A DNA stretch of 64,000 nt. Origin: Tubulanus polymorphus. Lineage: Eukaryota; Animalia; Nemertea. Every line of letters begins with the position of its first letter. Within the stretch, counting starts at the first letter, position 1. Below the pieces are notes generated by a model, which saw only the letters and a program-made list of their open reading frames with translations, was not told the origin of the DNA and did no database searches. A program made the position numbers and the translations under genes. The stretch spans positions 10,960,413 through 11,024,412 of the forward strand of contig NC_134028.1 in NCBI RefSeq assembly GCF_964204645.1. The letters are read 5' to 3'. Of the stretch, positions 1-18,466 are shown in pieces.

Positions 1-580
1 ATTTAATACAATGTAGAATTAAACCATAAATTATATCGTAGTATTCATTGTTTCTGCTGCTAAGTCTGGTTTGCCTTTTTGTCTCACTCTCCACTGGTAT
101 CCATGCCCTCGGTGTCCATTCTACTGGTATGCACTCCCTCTCTGTTGGTATCCACTCCCTCTATTAGTATCCACCTCATTGTCCGTAACCTTGGGATCTT
201 ACTCAACTCTTCTTCAGGCAGAGGATACCAGTCTATTAGTATTCACCTCATTGTAACCTTCAACTCGACTTCTCTTCTTTGTCGATCAATATCAAATAAG
301 TCTCCAGTAATTTCCTCACTAGAATTGGAAAGGATGAACGCCATAAGTATGGGAGATTGTTTGTCGATCAATTTCAAACGTCTCTGGTGAAGAAATGGTG
401 AATTTGAAGGGTTGCAGGCCAAGAGGATACTGAGGGATTCAGGGTCCAAGCTGCTATAAGAATCTTGCTGTGGGAAGCCTTTTCGTGAGAAATCATTGTT
501 GAAATAAAAGTGAAACAAAACAATGATGGATTGAAATTTAATTTTTATTTCCAAAGATTTTACGGAGAACAGTTTTTTGT

Positions 581-1483
581 TTATGAAGTTTTAAAGATGT
601 CATCAGTTGAATCGAGTTGATACGATTCTTTCCCCTTCCGTTTATCGGCTGATTTCTTACATTCGATACGATTCTTATATTTAAACGCGGTTTGTCGCCG
701 TAGCGACGCTCTGTATTGATTAGGCGAAATATAGCGAGAATTTTGAAATAAAGTCGCGCCTCCAAAACTACCTTTAAATATACGTATCGGATTCAGTACG
801 AACCGAGGCCCGATTTCTGCGAGAGCGCCATCTTCTTCTAGAATCTGATAATTACGGAACCAAATTCTGTTATCAACAACCGAGAAACTGAAAACGTGAT
901 CAACGAACGGTTGACTTTTCGGATGATGATTCGGAGTTCCGAATATCTGAGTGAAAAGTTGTTTTAATAATTTCCATTGCGGTAATTCATTAAAACTATT
1001 ATCAAACGATAGCAACGGTCGACTTCCCTTTAGACAGTTACCGGTCATCTTTAACTCGGACATCGTATGAACATTCTCTACGAGGAATTTAGCAGACGGA
1101 CCTCGAGGCGTGTTACTCAACCACATATATAAATCTTTCTTCTTTTTAGCCTCGAAAAAAATGCATTTGTTACAGTTTTTCATTTCGCAAACTTCATTAA
1201 CAACAAACAGTTTGTCTTTTCGGTCCATTTTAGTGTCCGGTTTACTGTGAGGCATCAACGTACGAAGGTCGTTCATTAAATGACGAGTTTGAAAACTGAT
1301 TCCTCGCGACGAGAAAATCAATACTCGTTGTTTGTTCAACCATTTTGGACGTTTTATCGGAGGTTCATCTGAGCTCCTCACCGCCGGTAATTCTACTACT
1401 GTATCATCATTCTCCTTAACTTCTCCTTCCTCTCCTCCTCCAGGAGCAGCCCGTTTACGCTTCCCAGAATTTTTCTTCGCCAT
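581..1483 (-). CDS. BRIX1: Ribosome biogenesis protein BRX1 homolog (Brix domain); CDS intronless, probable 5'UTR intron at ~1501-1630
   Basis: The 300 aa ORF has hallmark Brx1 motifs (KWLNKQRVLIFSSRGI, MTGNCLKGSRPLLSFD, HHPKSQPFVDHV, LAEIGPRFVLNPIRIF). AATAAA lies on the minus strand at ~544-549. Confidence 0.97.
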   Translation of the reverse strand: MAKKNSGKRKRAAPGGGEEGEVKENDDTVVELPAVRSSDEPPIKRPKWLNKQRVLIFSSRGISFQTRHLMNDLRTLMPHSKPDTKMDRKDKLFVVNEVCEMKNCNKCIFFEAKKKKDLYMWLSNTPRGPSAKFLVENVHTMSELKMTGNCLKGSRPLLSFDNSFNELPQWKLLKQLFTQIFGTPNHHPKSQPFVDHVFSFSVVDNRIWFRNYQILEEDGALAEIGPRFVLNPIRIFKGSFGGATLFQNSRYISPNQYRASLRRQTAFKYKNRIECKKSADKRKGKESYQLDSTDDIFKTS

Positions 1484-1679
1484 TTTTTTTTTCTATGTAC
1501 CTTCAATAGAGTAATGAAATTAATTGTTATTTGGCTTGAATCTCAATTCAACCCGGTATTTCTCATATTTCACGCTTTTCAAATCTATTTGATGCAGATT
1601 AAAAGCAAGTTTGAACCAAAAGATTCTTACCTTTTTCGATCCAGGCGCTGAAATTGTTCTTTCAAGTTAATTTCAGTCG

Positions 1680-1960
1680 AAATTATGGTTTTCACGTGTA
1701 AATCGCTTGATCCGATTCCTGACGTCCGACTCAGCAATCGTCCGAGTCCAGTCCGAGTCCTAACCCTAACCCTAGATCGGCGACCAGTCTAACCCTAACC
1801 CTAGATCGGCAACCAGTCTAGCCACAAGCCCGAGTTCGTTCCTTAACCCTAACCCTAGTCCGTTCAGTTCCTTTCACAGTCCGTCAAGTCCGCATACGGT
1901 TACGAAAATCTATCGGCTCCACATTTTAACTTTTTGTCAAATTTACTGCCGTTTCATCGA
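1680..1960. promoter_or_regulatory. Probable bidirectional promoter for BRIX1/TEX9, with TAACCCTAACCCTAG motifs
   Basis: Head-to-head genes ~500 bp apart. Three copies of TAACCCTAACCCTAG at ~1761, ~1790 and ~1843. Confidence 0.55.
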
Positions 1961-2010
1961 TTCAAAACAGGTTTTCATTATAAAGTGGATATTTATTTGA
2001 AGATCTGAAC

Positions 2011-4699
<2,689 letters not shown>

Positions 4700-4989
4700 A
4701 CGACCGCGCCCCCAACCAACTCCGCCCCCCGTTTCAGCTGGTCTGATTTATTATTTTATATCTAACGCGTTTTCTCTGTTTTTATCTCCGTTTAATATAC
4801 TGTCACATGGTTGCCTAGCGACTGCCAACAATTAGAATAGAATGAAATAAAACGAAATATTTAAAAACAATGAATCTCATTGTTTTATTCTCGATTAAAT
4901 AAAAATTTACGACAATACAGAAATAAAGAGACGATTTGTCACTTGTAGAGGAGAATGAGAAGGATTATGTTAGAGGATAGAGAGAATGA

Positions 4990-7685
<2,696 letters not shown>

Positions 7686-8434
7686 TTCAACCGGTTTCGT
7701 TGGAGCTTTGTTCGATGTTAAAAAATAGATAAAAACTACCGTACAATGGCGCCCTCTACCTGGTGGAAAGGCGGCAGCACTATACGGCTAAATAATTCTC
7801 TAATTAATAACATTTTAATTTTTGTGTTTATTACTCTATTCTTCAATATGTGATCTTTTGCCTCATATCGTATCGATCCAGCGCTAATTACGTTAAGGGT
7901 ACAAGGTCCACTAGTCCGGTTTAGTGTAAAACCCCACCAGTGGTGGCAGCACTTTCCGGAGTATAAGAATCGATAAATAATCCTATAATACACTCAAATT
8001 CTCAATAAATCTTTGAAAATTTATTCAATCACAAAACACAAAATTACAATACGATAAAATATGTCACACATATATTGAGTAATAATTGAAACAGTGAAAA
8101 TGATTTGATTAAATAAAACCCCATCTCCCCACAAAACGAAAAACAATTTACTGACAAACTCTAAAGCAAATAATTGAAAAACTAAATCACCTTAAATTTC
8201 ACACATATTCAATTCATATATGAGATTTTGAAATGATATTTAAAACTCTATCAATCTGTCCCCGTAAATAGAACTAAATCAAATGATAAATGAATGAATT
8301 TAAATCGAGTTCATAAATTTTGTTACTAGAAATTTTCTAAATGTCACTGGAATGAATTCAGGGGTCGATGTACAAGTCAGGGGTCGATGTACAAGTCAGG
8401 GGTCGATGTACAATGAAATGATGACTGAGTCTCC

Positions 8435-11400
8435 CTAATAAAACTTTTTCATAGCGCTGTCTTGTTTATTCCTGAAAATAGAACAAATTTGATGCATTAG
8501 ATTACAATCAGGGGAAGGTGTTCATCCTTTGCCGCTTATCAGGGAAAGGTGGTCATCCTGTGCGACAATCAGGGGAAGGTGTTCCCACCGTAATGCATCA
8601 GGGGAAGGTGAGCGATGATGGTTAAAAGGTGACGATATTCTGCCTAATCAGGAGTAGGTGTCCGCAATCTTTTATCCCAGGGGGAGGTGAGCGATGATGG
8701 TTTATCTAAAGGCAGGGGAAGGTGTTCTACCTGTTACAGGAAGTACCTGCCAAGGCCCTTTGTATTTAGTTTTTCTCGTATCCCTAAAAACCAAACCGTT
8801 TTCAATCAAATTTAAACTCGCACTATATTGAATCCAGTTGCAAAGAACTACGGTTAAATACTCACTTATAAATAGTATATCCTAGAAATAAAATAGTTTG
8901 TAGTACGATAAATCCTATAAAGGTGGCGTTACTGATACACGTCGCACATTTCCCATCATTCGGCTCATTCTAAAAATAACAATGAATATTTGAATGAATC
9001 TAGCTCGTGTATCCATGGATACTCGGTATTCAAGGATGAGAGAAACTGACCACTTGTTGACGTGTGAGTAAATTTTGAACATTATCTCGAACTGTGTTTA
9101 AATTATCTCTCATTTCGTGCGTCATTTTCTCGTATTGTAAATTCACTCCACCCGATCCTCCGCTGCCAGAGCTGCCTATTTTGGTCGTATGACCTTGAAC
9201 TACATTAACGACATTCCTGAAAACGAACGAGCGATAGATAGTTAGTACGGAAACGAGCCACTAGGTGTCAGCCGTGTTTAATAACGACCTACTTGATGTC
9301 TCTAATACTGCGAATCGACTCGCGAATATTTGTCATCACTTCATCGACTTCGTGACGTTTTATTGTATCGATCGGTGCGCCACCTGGTGAGGCCGAACCA
9401 CCCTACAATTACAATTAACATCGTTATTATCAATTCGCTACAGCACGTGAGCGCCACCTAGTGTAACCTACCTGTACTCCTCCGGCAGATATTCCCGATA
9501 TTTGCGACATTGTTCGTTCCTGGCGACCGACGATCTCATCCATTTTTCGATCTAAATCTCGTAATTTCGAGTGAATCGCGTTTTGTGAATCGTAAATCTG
9601 TTTCAATTCTCTCTGACCTTGACTTTCAAACTATAATCAATAAACAGACGTATGTTGTATTATAGACCGTTCAACAAACATTGAATGAATCTGTGAATGA
9701 ATGAAATACAAACCACTTTATTTTCATCTTGTTCATCGGCGTTTGTTTTATCAGGATGTTCTTTTTTGTACCTGCAAAAATACACAACATCCTCAAATAA
9801 ATAAATACTCTAAAAATATCTGAATTGAACAGGACCCAGTAGGCAGCAGAACCCAGTAGGCAGCAGAGCAACAGAACCCAGTAGGCAGCAGAGCAACAGA
9901 ACCCAGTAGGCAGCAGAGCAACAGAACCTAGTTAGGCAGCAGAACCCAGTAGGCAGCAGAACCTAGTTATGCAGCAGAACCCAGTAGGCAGCAGAACCTA
10001 GTGTTATATCAAACTTACTCTTCTTTTGCTTGTTGTAATTTTTCCCAATATTTCTCAAATTCTTCTTCTAAGCGTTTACGTTCGTCTTCGTTCACCTGAG
10101 CGCCCCCTGGTGTCGAAGCCTTCGGTTTCGGTTTCAAACTGGTTGTTAAGAACGACAGAACGTCGTGATCATCCGCTAAAGCACCGGTCGCCGCGGTAAC
10201 ACCGAAATATCCCTGTTTAGGTAACTGTACGTTTTCAGCTCTCATACATAATTCATAATCAGCTTCATTACTGGACATTCCATTCAATACATATACCTAA
10301 ACATTAACAGCAACTGTGGATTAGTTACAGCTGATACTGTGGATTAACTGGTGGATTAGTAACAGCAACTGATACTGTGGATTAACTGGTGGATTAACAG
10401 GTAGATAAAACTCACTGTTAGAACTCCCTGATAAAACTCAATTCTTGCCCCGAGAGGGAACGGTTTATTTCTGAAGTCGCGTAAACATCCTCCTAATTGT
10501 TGCTGTTGCCCGTCACTACAAAAACAATCGATAACCAATAAATACGACGATATAACGGTGAGAAATATGGCCGACAGGTGGCGTTAGTAACTACTTACGT
10601 CTCGTGTGAATAAGCGATAGTTCCATCGTTAACCATCGCCATGACGTACGGATTATTGTGTTGAGCATCGTTATCAAATGAATCGAAAAATATCCCTAAA
10701 CCTTTCCATTTATCCTGATTCCCAAAAACAGGACCTGAATTCGCACGACTTTCAGTGTACCAGATACCCTATAAATATAACACTGACACTTATAGCAGGG
10801 TCTGTAGGGCTGGAGGGGACCAGATACCCTATAAATATAACACTGACACTTATAGCAGAGTCTGTAGGGCTGGAGGGGACCAGATACCCTATAAATATAA
10901 CACTGACACTTATAGCAGGGTCTGTAGGGCTGGAGGGGACCAGATACCCTATAAATATAACACTGACACTTATAGCAGGGTCTGTAGGGCTGGAGGGGAC
11001 CAGATACCCTATAAATATAACACTGACACTTATAGCAGGGTCTGTAGGGCTGGAGGGGACCAGATACCCTATAAATATAACACTGACACTTATAGCAGGG
11101 TCTGTAGGGCTGGAGGGGACCAGATACCCTATAAATATAACACTGACACTTATAGCAGGGTCTGTAGGGCTGGAGGGGACCAGATACCCTATAAATATAA
11201 CACTGACACTTATAGCAGGGTCTGTAGGGCTGGAGGGGACCAGATACCCTATAAATATAACACTGACACTTATAGCAGGGTCTGTAGGGCTGGAGGGGAC
11301 CAGATACCCTATAAATATAACACTGACACTTATAGCAGGGTCTGTAGGGCTGGAGGGGACCAGATACCCTATAAATATAACACTGACACTTATAGCAGGG

Positions 11401-14400
11401 TCTGTAGGGCTGGAGGGGACCAGATACCCTATAAATATAACACAAACACTTATAGCAGAGTCTGTAGGGCTGGAGGGGACCAGATACCCTATAAATATAA
11501 CACTGACACTTATAGCAGGGTCTGTAGGGCTGGAGGGGACCAGATACCCTATAAATATAACACTGACACTTATAGCAGGGTCTGTAGGGCTGGAGGGGAC
11601 CAGATACCCTATAAATATAACACTGACACTTATAGCAGGGTCTGTAGGGCTGGAGGGGACCAGATACCCTATAAATATAACACTGACACTTATAGCAGGG
11701 TCTGTAGGGCTGGAGGGGACCAGATACCCTATAAATATAACACTGACACTTATAGCAGGGTCTGTAGGGCTGGAGGGGACCAGATACCCTATAAATATAA
11801 CACTGACACTTATAGCAGGGTCTGTAGGGCTGGAGGGGACCAGATACCCTATAAATATAACACTGACACTTATAGCAGAGTCTGTAGGGCTGGAGGGGAC
11901 CAGATACCCTATAAATATAACACTGACACTTATAGCAGGGTCTGTAGGGCTGGAGGGGACCAGATACCCTATAAATATAACACTGACACTTATAGCAGGG
12001 TCTGTAGGGCTGGAGGGGACCAGATACCCTATAAATATAACACTGACACTTATAGCAGGGTCTGTAGGGCTGGAGGGGACCAGATACCCTATAAATATAA
12101 CACTGACACTTATAGCAGGGTCTGTAGGGCTGGAGGGGACCAGATACCCTATAAATATAACACTGACACTTATAGCAGGGTCTGTAGGGCTGGAGGGGAC
12201 CAGATACCCTATAAATATAACACTGACACTTATAGCAGGGTCTGTAGGGCTGGAGGGGACCAGATACCCTATAAATATAACACTGACACTTATAGCAGGG
12301 TCTGTAGGGCTGGAGGGGACCAGATACCCTATAAATATAACACTGACACTTATAGCAGGGTCTGTAGGGCTGGAGGGGACCAGATACCCTATAAATATAA
12401 CACTGACACTTATAGCAGAGTCTGTAGGGCTGGAGGGGACCAGATACCCTATAAATATAACACTGACACTTATAGCAGGGTCTGTAGGGCTGGAGGGGAC
12501 CAGATACCCTATAAATATAACACTGACACTTATAGCAGGGCCTGTAGGGCTGGAGGGGACCAGATACCCTATAAATATAACACTGACACTTATAGCAGAG
12601 TCTGTAGGGCTGGAGTTATATATAACAGGGATCAGGGGAGGCTCTGAGTGAAGCAGTCACTTACCAAACCATCAGCTCCAATCCTTCCGCGTCCATTGAT
12701 TCTGAATTTAATATCAATTTGCCAGTGTTCGAAATTCACTTTTTGTTTGCTCCAAACGAATCCACGTTTACTGCGTAACGAGGGAGTGATTCGTACCGAT
12801 TCATCGCTGGCGATAGCACCTGAAATATAGTACAATAAATACTCAATAGGGGGCACCATATACTGAAGGATTCATCGTATTCATATACTTTATAATACTG
12901 ATCTAGATTAAGTTCATTTCTAGAAAAACCTTGCGGCCAGTTGCATAGTCACGGCTTAGACTTAAGGCCAGTCTAAGACCAACTCAGTTCTATAGCCAAT
13001 CTAACAACTTTAGACAAGGATTTAATTAAGACCACTTTTTGACTTAAGTCACAACTGTGCAAGTTGTCTTATATCAGGTGTAGTTAGTTACCTAATCGTT
13101 GGTGGTAAGCTTTTTATAATCGGATGGGCTTATACCAACGTTAGGGATGACAAGGACCAAAACACGGTTGAAAAAAGTAACACTTCAAAAATATACTTTC
13201 TATTCACTTCAGTCCACAATTAATGGCTTAATTCACAAACTAACACAGGTACCTTTCGAAATAATCCAATTTTATGTATGTTTCGAGTGAGTAATCAACA
13301 TTATTTTGAGAAATTAATTAATTTCTCCACAAATTTCACCATTGGCCGCCATTTCTCTGTATTGCACATGTGGCATGATAAGACAAGGTGCCCCACAAGG
13401 ATTTATATAAAACTTCCAAGACGAAACGACAATTTTTATTTTTGATGGTTTTCCAACTTATATTTCAAATCTTCGTGTTTTCCATAACAAATAATGAAAC
13501 AATAAATTTCTGGTAAAAGAAAAATGTGAATAAGTGTTGATTTCTTAATTTTTTTAAATTTCGTCGTTTCGCTTCGTTAGTTAATGCTGTTGTTCTGGCC
13601 TCAGTCCACAGGTGCCAGCACCTCCAGTAATTTTCAAAATGGCAGCTGTTGACTGGACAGAAATTTACTCTCACTTTACGGCCGATTTGCACATGGATTA
13701 AGATCGTCAGGTGAGGTGTTATAGGTATCAGACAAACTACGAATCTGTTGTGCCTCGATTACAACAAAAATTAGACGGATATCTTAAGAGACAATGAAAT
13801 GCCAGGCAAATTACTCGTCAGTCAAATTGGCTGACGAAGATTTCATACAAAAATGACCTTCCCATTCCTGACTGTGGTTTGTGAAAATATCCGATCGTGA
13901 AACTAAACCACAGACAGGTTACTGACTAATATCAGGTGGTGCAACTGGCTCCTGATAACACGTTACAGATAGATTATCTTGAGAAAATATCAAATCTATG
14001 ACTTTCATTATAGACTGGAGAAACGTCTATAGATTATTGATTACTGAAGAGAGTTTTGTATTTGAAGTGAACAGTATGGATGAGGAGGCGAGGACACTAT
14101 AACACTAACAGCTGTTTGCCTAAACCTCCACATTTCACCAACCAGGCAGCAGCAGGTCACGTTTTATTAATATTATAAAACGCTTTATTTCTCAAGCGAA
14201 ATAATAGCAATAAATAACAATAAAACAGCGAAACAATGAAACAGATGTGAAACATATGTTAATCGATACACGTCACCAGTGAAAGTACCACCACTGCACC
14301 AGCTGCTGCTGCTGCTAATTTTACTTACTTCCACCGTGTTCCCAGAACGGTATAGAACCTTCTTTAGACACTAGTGACGGTCCTTTAAAACTGTATTTAT

Positions 14401-14500
14401 ATTCGAATCGTTTGTGAGGCTCAATAAACTCAGCCGCTAAACAAATACTAACAATTCCCGCGGAGCACGAGATAAACAACCACATCAAAAACGACGCCAT
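8435..14500 (-). CDS. LMAN1: ERGIC-53 / lectin mannose-binding 1, multi-exon
   Basis: Signal peptide, then HKRFEYKYSFKGP, RITPSLRSKRG, GRGRIGADGL|GIWYT, FFDSFDND, LGGCLRDFRNKPFP and GYFGVTAATGALADDHDVLSF, a coiled coil, a TM segment and a C-terminal KKFY* dilysine/aromatic motif. Confidence 0.97.
9834..10000. repeat. Intronic minisatellite (AGAACCCAGTAGGCAGC)n
   Basis: Tandem 17-25 bp units in an LMAN1 intron. Confidence 0.9.
10759..12615 (-). repeat. 31 x 60 bp near-perfect tandem array; each unit contains the LMAN1 3' splice acceptor plus ~10 exon nt
   Basis: Minus-strand unit ...gtgttatatttatag|GGTATCTGGT. The true acceptor is at 10769-10770, with the exon continuing GIWYTES. Confidence 0.97.
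13081..13928. mobile_element. Non-autonomous DNA transposon, copy 1 (848 bp), in LMAN1 intron 1
   Basis: Imperfect 13 bp TIRs (TAGTTAGTTACCT / TAGTCAGTAACCT) and a 10 bp TSD ATATCAGGTG at 13071-13080 and 13929-13938. Near-identical to 17408-18254 and 18467-19314 in inverted orientation. Confidence 0.93.
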
Positions 14501-15017
14501 ATTGAATCAGTGAATGACGACGTACCGGTACGCCGTACAGTGCTGCCGCCTTAAAATCAATTGCCAGAGGTGGCCAATATAGTTCAAACTTTTTCCGATG
14601 GTGGCAGCATCGTACGTACAGGAAATAATTAATACCTGCAAGCGGGCGCCGGATGAAATAGATTCAGATCAAATAAGACATTTGAAGATAAAACTAAGTG
14701 TTTGATTGATTCAAAATAAAATCTGTTTAAATTAGATTTTAAATAAGAGTTTTATTCATCGGGAAAATTAAAGCAAAAATCAGCACCTGATAAAATTATT
14801 TACGAATTTGAAAACTCATAATTTTCTCCCATGACATATATTTCTATAAGCGCATCACAGTAATCTTTATAAATAACTAATTTACATATTAACAATGATC
14901 TGTATTAAACATATTATTGCGAGTTCAGTTTTATGCAAATCTAAAATGATTGTTATTTCAGTACTGGACACATAAGCTGTGTTGTGTGTTTGGTTTGCTA
15001 ACTATCTATAAAATAAA

Positions 15018-17264
15018 TCATTTCGATTCTAATTGAGTGAAATCTTTATCATTTTTAAGTTCGAAATTATATTGTTTATAATCACTGACGACAGTTCTAC
15101 GTAATTTATGCACATATTCATACAGTTCACCTACAACTGGTTTCAAGGTCGTTATTCCGGATATTTCCGCTAACTCATCGATATACGCCCATTGTAGATT
15201 TCCTAATTTATGCGCATACCGATGAGGCCAACCGATCTGCTCGCGACGCCACCTATAATCTGCTTCTATATCGGCTTTCATCGATTCGGTATCGGGAAGC
15301 GTTATAGCGCCCCCTAGTGTACCGATAGCGAAACGTATTTGGAAGTCGAAGTGAGGGAACGGACAGATTGTGCTGCAGATTCCAATCAGAAATTGAGTCG
15401 GGTGCGAAATATTGATTAAATGTTTGTATAACGGATAAACACGGTTATCTCTAACGGTTACCTGACAATCAGCGGATAGAAACGGAAACGTGTATTCATA
15501 ACCCGTACAATACATTATCACATCAACGCCATCTATACGACTATCATCATCCAACAATACGACATCGGTACCAACAAATCGTTTTATTCCTCTCGTCTGT
15601 TTCATGTTGCTAGGCAACGGTGATTGTAATCTATCATGATTGTGACTGAGAATGACCTGCAATAAAATTCATTATCTTAATCACCTGATTTCCGACTGCG
15701 CCACCTGGCGACGGTTATACTTGTCTTGCCCTGAAGGTGCCGGTGGTGCCCCCTGGTGGTGTATTACCTGTTTAGCTTGAGGTACTAAATCTAAAGCAAT
15801 GTCCTGCCCTGAAGGTCCTGGTGGTGCCCCCTGGTGGTGTATTACCTGTTTAGCTAGAGGTGCTAAATCTAAAGCGATGTCCTGCCCTGAAGGTCCCAGT
15901 GGTGCCCCCTGGTGGTGTATTACCTGTTTAGCTAGAGGTGCTAAATCTAAAGCGATGTCCTGCCCTGAAGGTCCCAGTGGTGCCCCCTGGTGGTGTATTA
16001 CCTGTTTAGCTAGAGGTGCTAAATCTAAAGCGATGTCCTGCCCTGAAGGTCCCAGTGGTGCCCCCTGGTGGTGTATTACCTGTTTAGCTAGAGGTGCTAA
16101 ATCTAAAGCTATGTCCTGCCCTGAAGGTCCCAGTGGTGCCCCCTGGTGGTGTATTACCTGTTTAGCTAGAGGTGCTAAATCTAAAGCTATGTCCTGCCCT
16201 GAAGGTCCCAGTGGTGCCCCCTGGTGGTGTATTACCTGTTTAGCTAGAGGTGCTAAATCTAAAGCGATGTCCTGCCCTGAAGGTGCCGGTGGTGCCCCCT
16301 GGTGGTGTATTACCTGTTTAGCTAGAGGTGCTAAATCTAAAGCGATGTCCTGCCCTGAAGGTCCTGCTCCTAACAGTAAAACTGTTTTATCAATGTAACT
16401 CTCTGGATGTCTGTAGTTATGACTGTGAATTATTTCTCCAGTAAACGTCTCAATTCCTGGAATTTCTGGGAACGACGGCTGCGAATAATGTCTATAAATA
16501 GATATATAAACTGTATAAATCTATTAGCAAGTGGCTCCATCTGTAGGTATAGATCAGAACGTACCCGTTACAAATGAAGACAGCGTGATAGTTTTCAGTA
16601 CAAGTTTCCTGTAGATTTTCGTCTTTTGAAGTTATTTCCCAATTTGTAGAATCTTTCTGAACTGGTTTCACTTCAACAACAGACGTATTAAACTACAATA
16701 CAATTATTAGAACAACCATTCAGGCAAGAGGTGTTTTAGAAAGATTGGGCCTTAGTAAAAGGGGCTGTCATGAGGAGGTTACAGGTTGTTATGGTTTGAG
16801 GGGGGTTGGATGGATGGATTAAGACTGACCCTGATAAACGGTTCTAATTTGAAATGCTGTGTATATTCCTGTAGATATTTGAGCACTTGTTTATGCGATA
16901 TGAACGACGGCCATTCTGGATGTAAATCTTCAAACGTAAAATCAGGAAATCCCATCACTTCTTTTGGCAAATTCGTCCTGAAATAGATGATTAAAAAGCG
17001 CCCCCTAGTGAATATGATTGTAGATATACCATAGGTACATTGTTGTCAAGGGATACAAATTACTTACAACAGATTGTCATACATGCTGCTATGATTAGAA
17101 CGACCTTGAGAATCTGACCCCGTCTGTTCGGTATAAACCCAAGTTCCTCCGATTTCATTCATCTGTTCAAACGCTACCGGTTGGAATAGTTCTGGATGTG
17201 CTGATAGGTGGCGTAGTGCGCACAGTCCGGCTGCACCAGCTCCGATTACAGCTACTTTATACAT
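15018..17264 (-). CDS. Flavin-containing monooxygenase (FMO family), 5 coding exons; probable non-coding first exon near 19530
   Basis: FAD motif VAVIGAGAAG, then GGTWVY, SSMYDNL|LTNLPKEVMGFPDF, FMO signature FTGEIIHSHNYRHPE, NADPH motif LLGAGPSGQDIA and CTGYEYTFPFL. Confidence 0.93.
15722..16364 (-). repeat. 8 x 78 bp tandem array containing the last ~51 nt of an FMO exon plus its 5' donor
   Basis: CAG|GTAATA donors at 16313, 16235, 16157, 16079, 16001, 15923, 15845 and 15767. Confidence 0.95.
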
Positions 17265-17407
17265 TCCAGCAGCTGATTGATTCTGAAACATAAGAGAGAG
17301 GTTACTGCACCAATCAACAACATGAACCCCCCACCAGCTGCACGATTGAGCGCTGGGTCCCCCCCACCAGCTGCATGATTGGGCGCTGGGTGTGCTGGGT
17401 CCCCCCC

Positions 17408-18254
17408 TAGTCAGTAACCTGTCTGTGGTTTAGTTTCACGATCGGATATTTTCACAAACCACAGTCAGGAATGGGAAGGTCATTTTTGTATGAAATCTTC
17501 GTCAGCCAATTTGACTGACGAGTAATTTGCCTGGCATTTCATTGTCTCTTAAGATATCCGTCTAATTTTTGTTGTAATCGACACACAACAGATTCGTAGT
17601 TTGTCTGATACCTATAACACCTCACCTGACGATCTTAATCCATGTGCAAATCGGCCGTAAAGTGAGAGTAAATTTCCGTAGAATCAACAGCTGCCATTTT
17701 TTAAATTACTGGAGGTGCTGGCACCTGTGGACTGAGGCCAGGACAACAGCACAAACTAACAAAGCGAAACGACGAAATTGAAAAAAATTAAGAAATCAAC
17801 ACTTATTCACATTTTTCTTTTACCAGAATTTATTATTTCTGTATTTATTATGGAAAACACGAAGATTTGAAATATAAGCTGGAAAACCATCAAAAATAAA
17901 AAATGTCGTTTCGTCTTGGAAGTTTTATATAAATCCTTGTAGGTCCCCTTGTCTTATCATGCCACATGTGCAATACAGAGAAATGGCGGCCAACGGCGAA
18001 ATTTGTGGAGAAATTAATTAATTTCTCAAAATAATGTTGATTAATCACTCGAAACATACATAAAATTGGATTATTTCAAAAGGTACCTGTGTTAGTTTGT
18101 GAATTAAGCCATTAATTGTGGACTGAAGTGAATAGAAAGTATATTTTTGAAGTGTTACTTTTTTCAACCGTGTTTTGGTCCTTGTCATCCCTAACGTTGG
18201 TATAAGCCCATCCGATTATAAAAAGCTTACCACCAACGATTAGGTAACTAACTA
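17408..18254. mobile_element. Non-autonomous DNA transposon, copy 2
   Basis: TAGTCAGTAACCT...AGGTAACTAACTA termini; 10 bp TSD GGTCCCCCCC. Confidence 0.93.
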
Positions 18255-18466
18255 GGTCCCCCCCCAGCTGCACGATTGAGCGCTGGGTGTGCTGGGTCCC
18301 CCCCACCAGCTGCACGGATGGGGCGCCGAGTGTGCTGGGTCCCCCCACCAGCTGCACGATTGGGCGCTGGGTCCCCCCACCAGCTGCACAATTGGGCACC
18401 GGGTGTGCTGGGTCCCCCCCCCCAGCTGCACGATTGGGCGCTGAGTGTGCTGGGTCCCCCCACCAG

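Noticed and set aside
243-554. 103 aa minus-strand ORF downstream of BRIX1
   Set aside because: No recognisable homology or clear acceptor. It could be an exon of a gene running off the window, but this cannot be supported from the sequence.
10678-12651. 657 aa, 630 aa and 249 aa ORFs over the 60 bp array; also considered as a CRISPR array
   Set aside because: Artefacts of a 60 bp period inside an LMAN1 intron. The units are identical with no unique spacers, and there are no cas genes.
15799-16398. 199 aa Cys/Trp-rich plus-strand ORF
   Set aside because: Antisense reading of the FMO exon/donor repeat.
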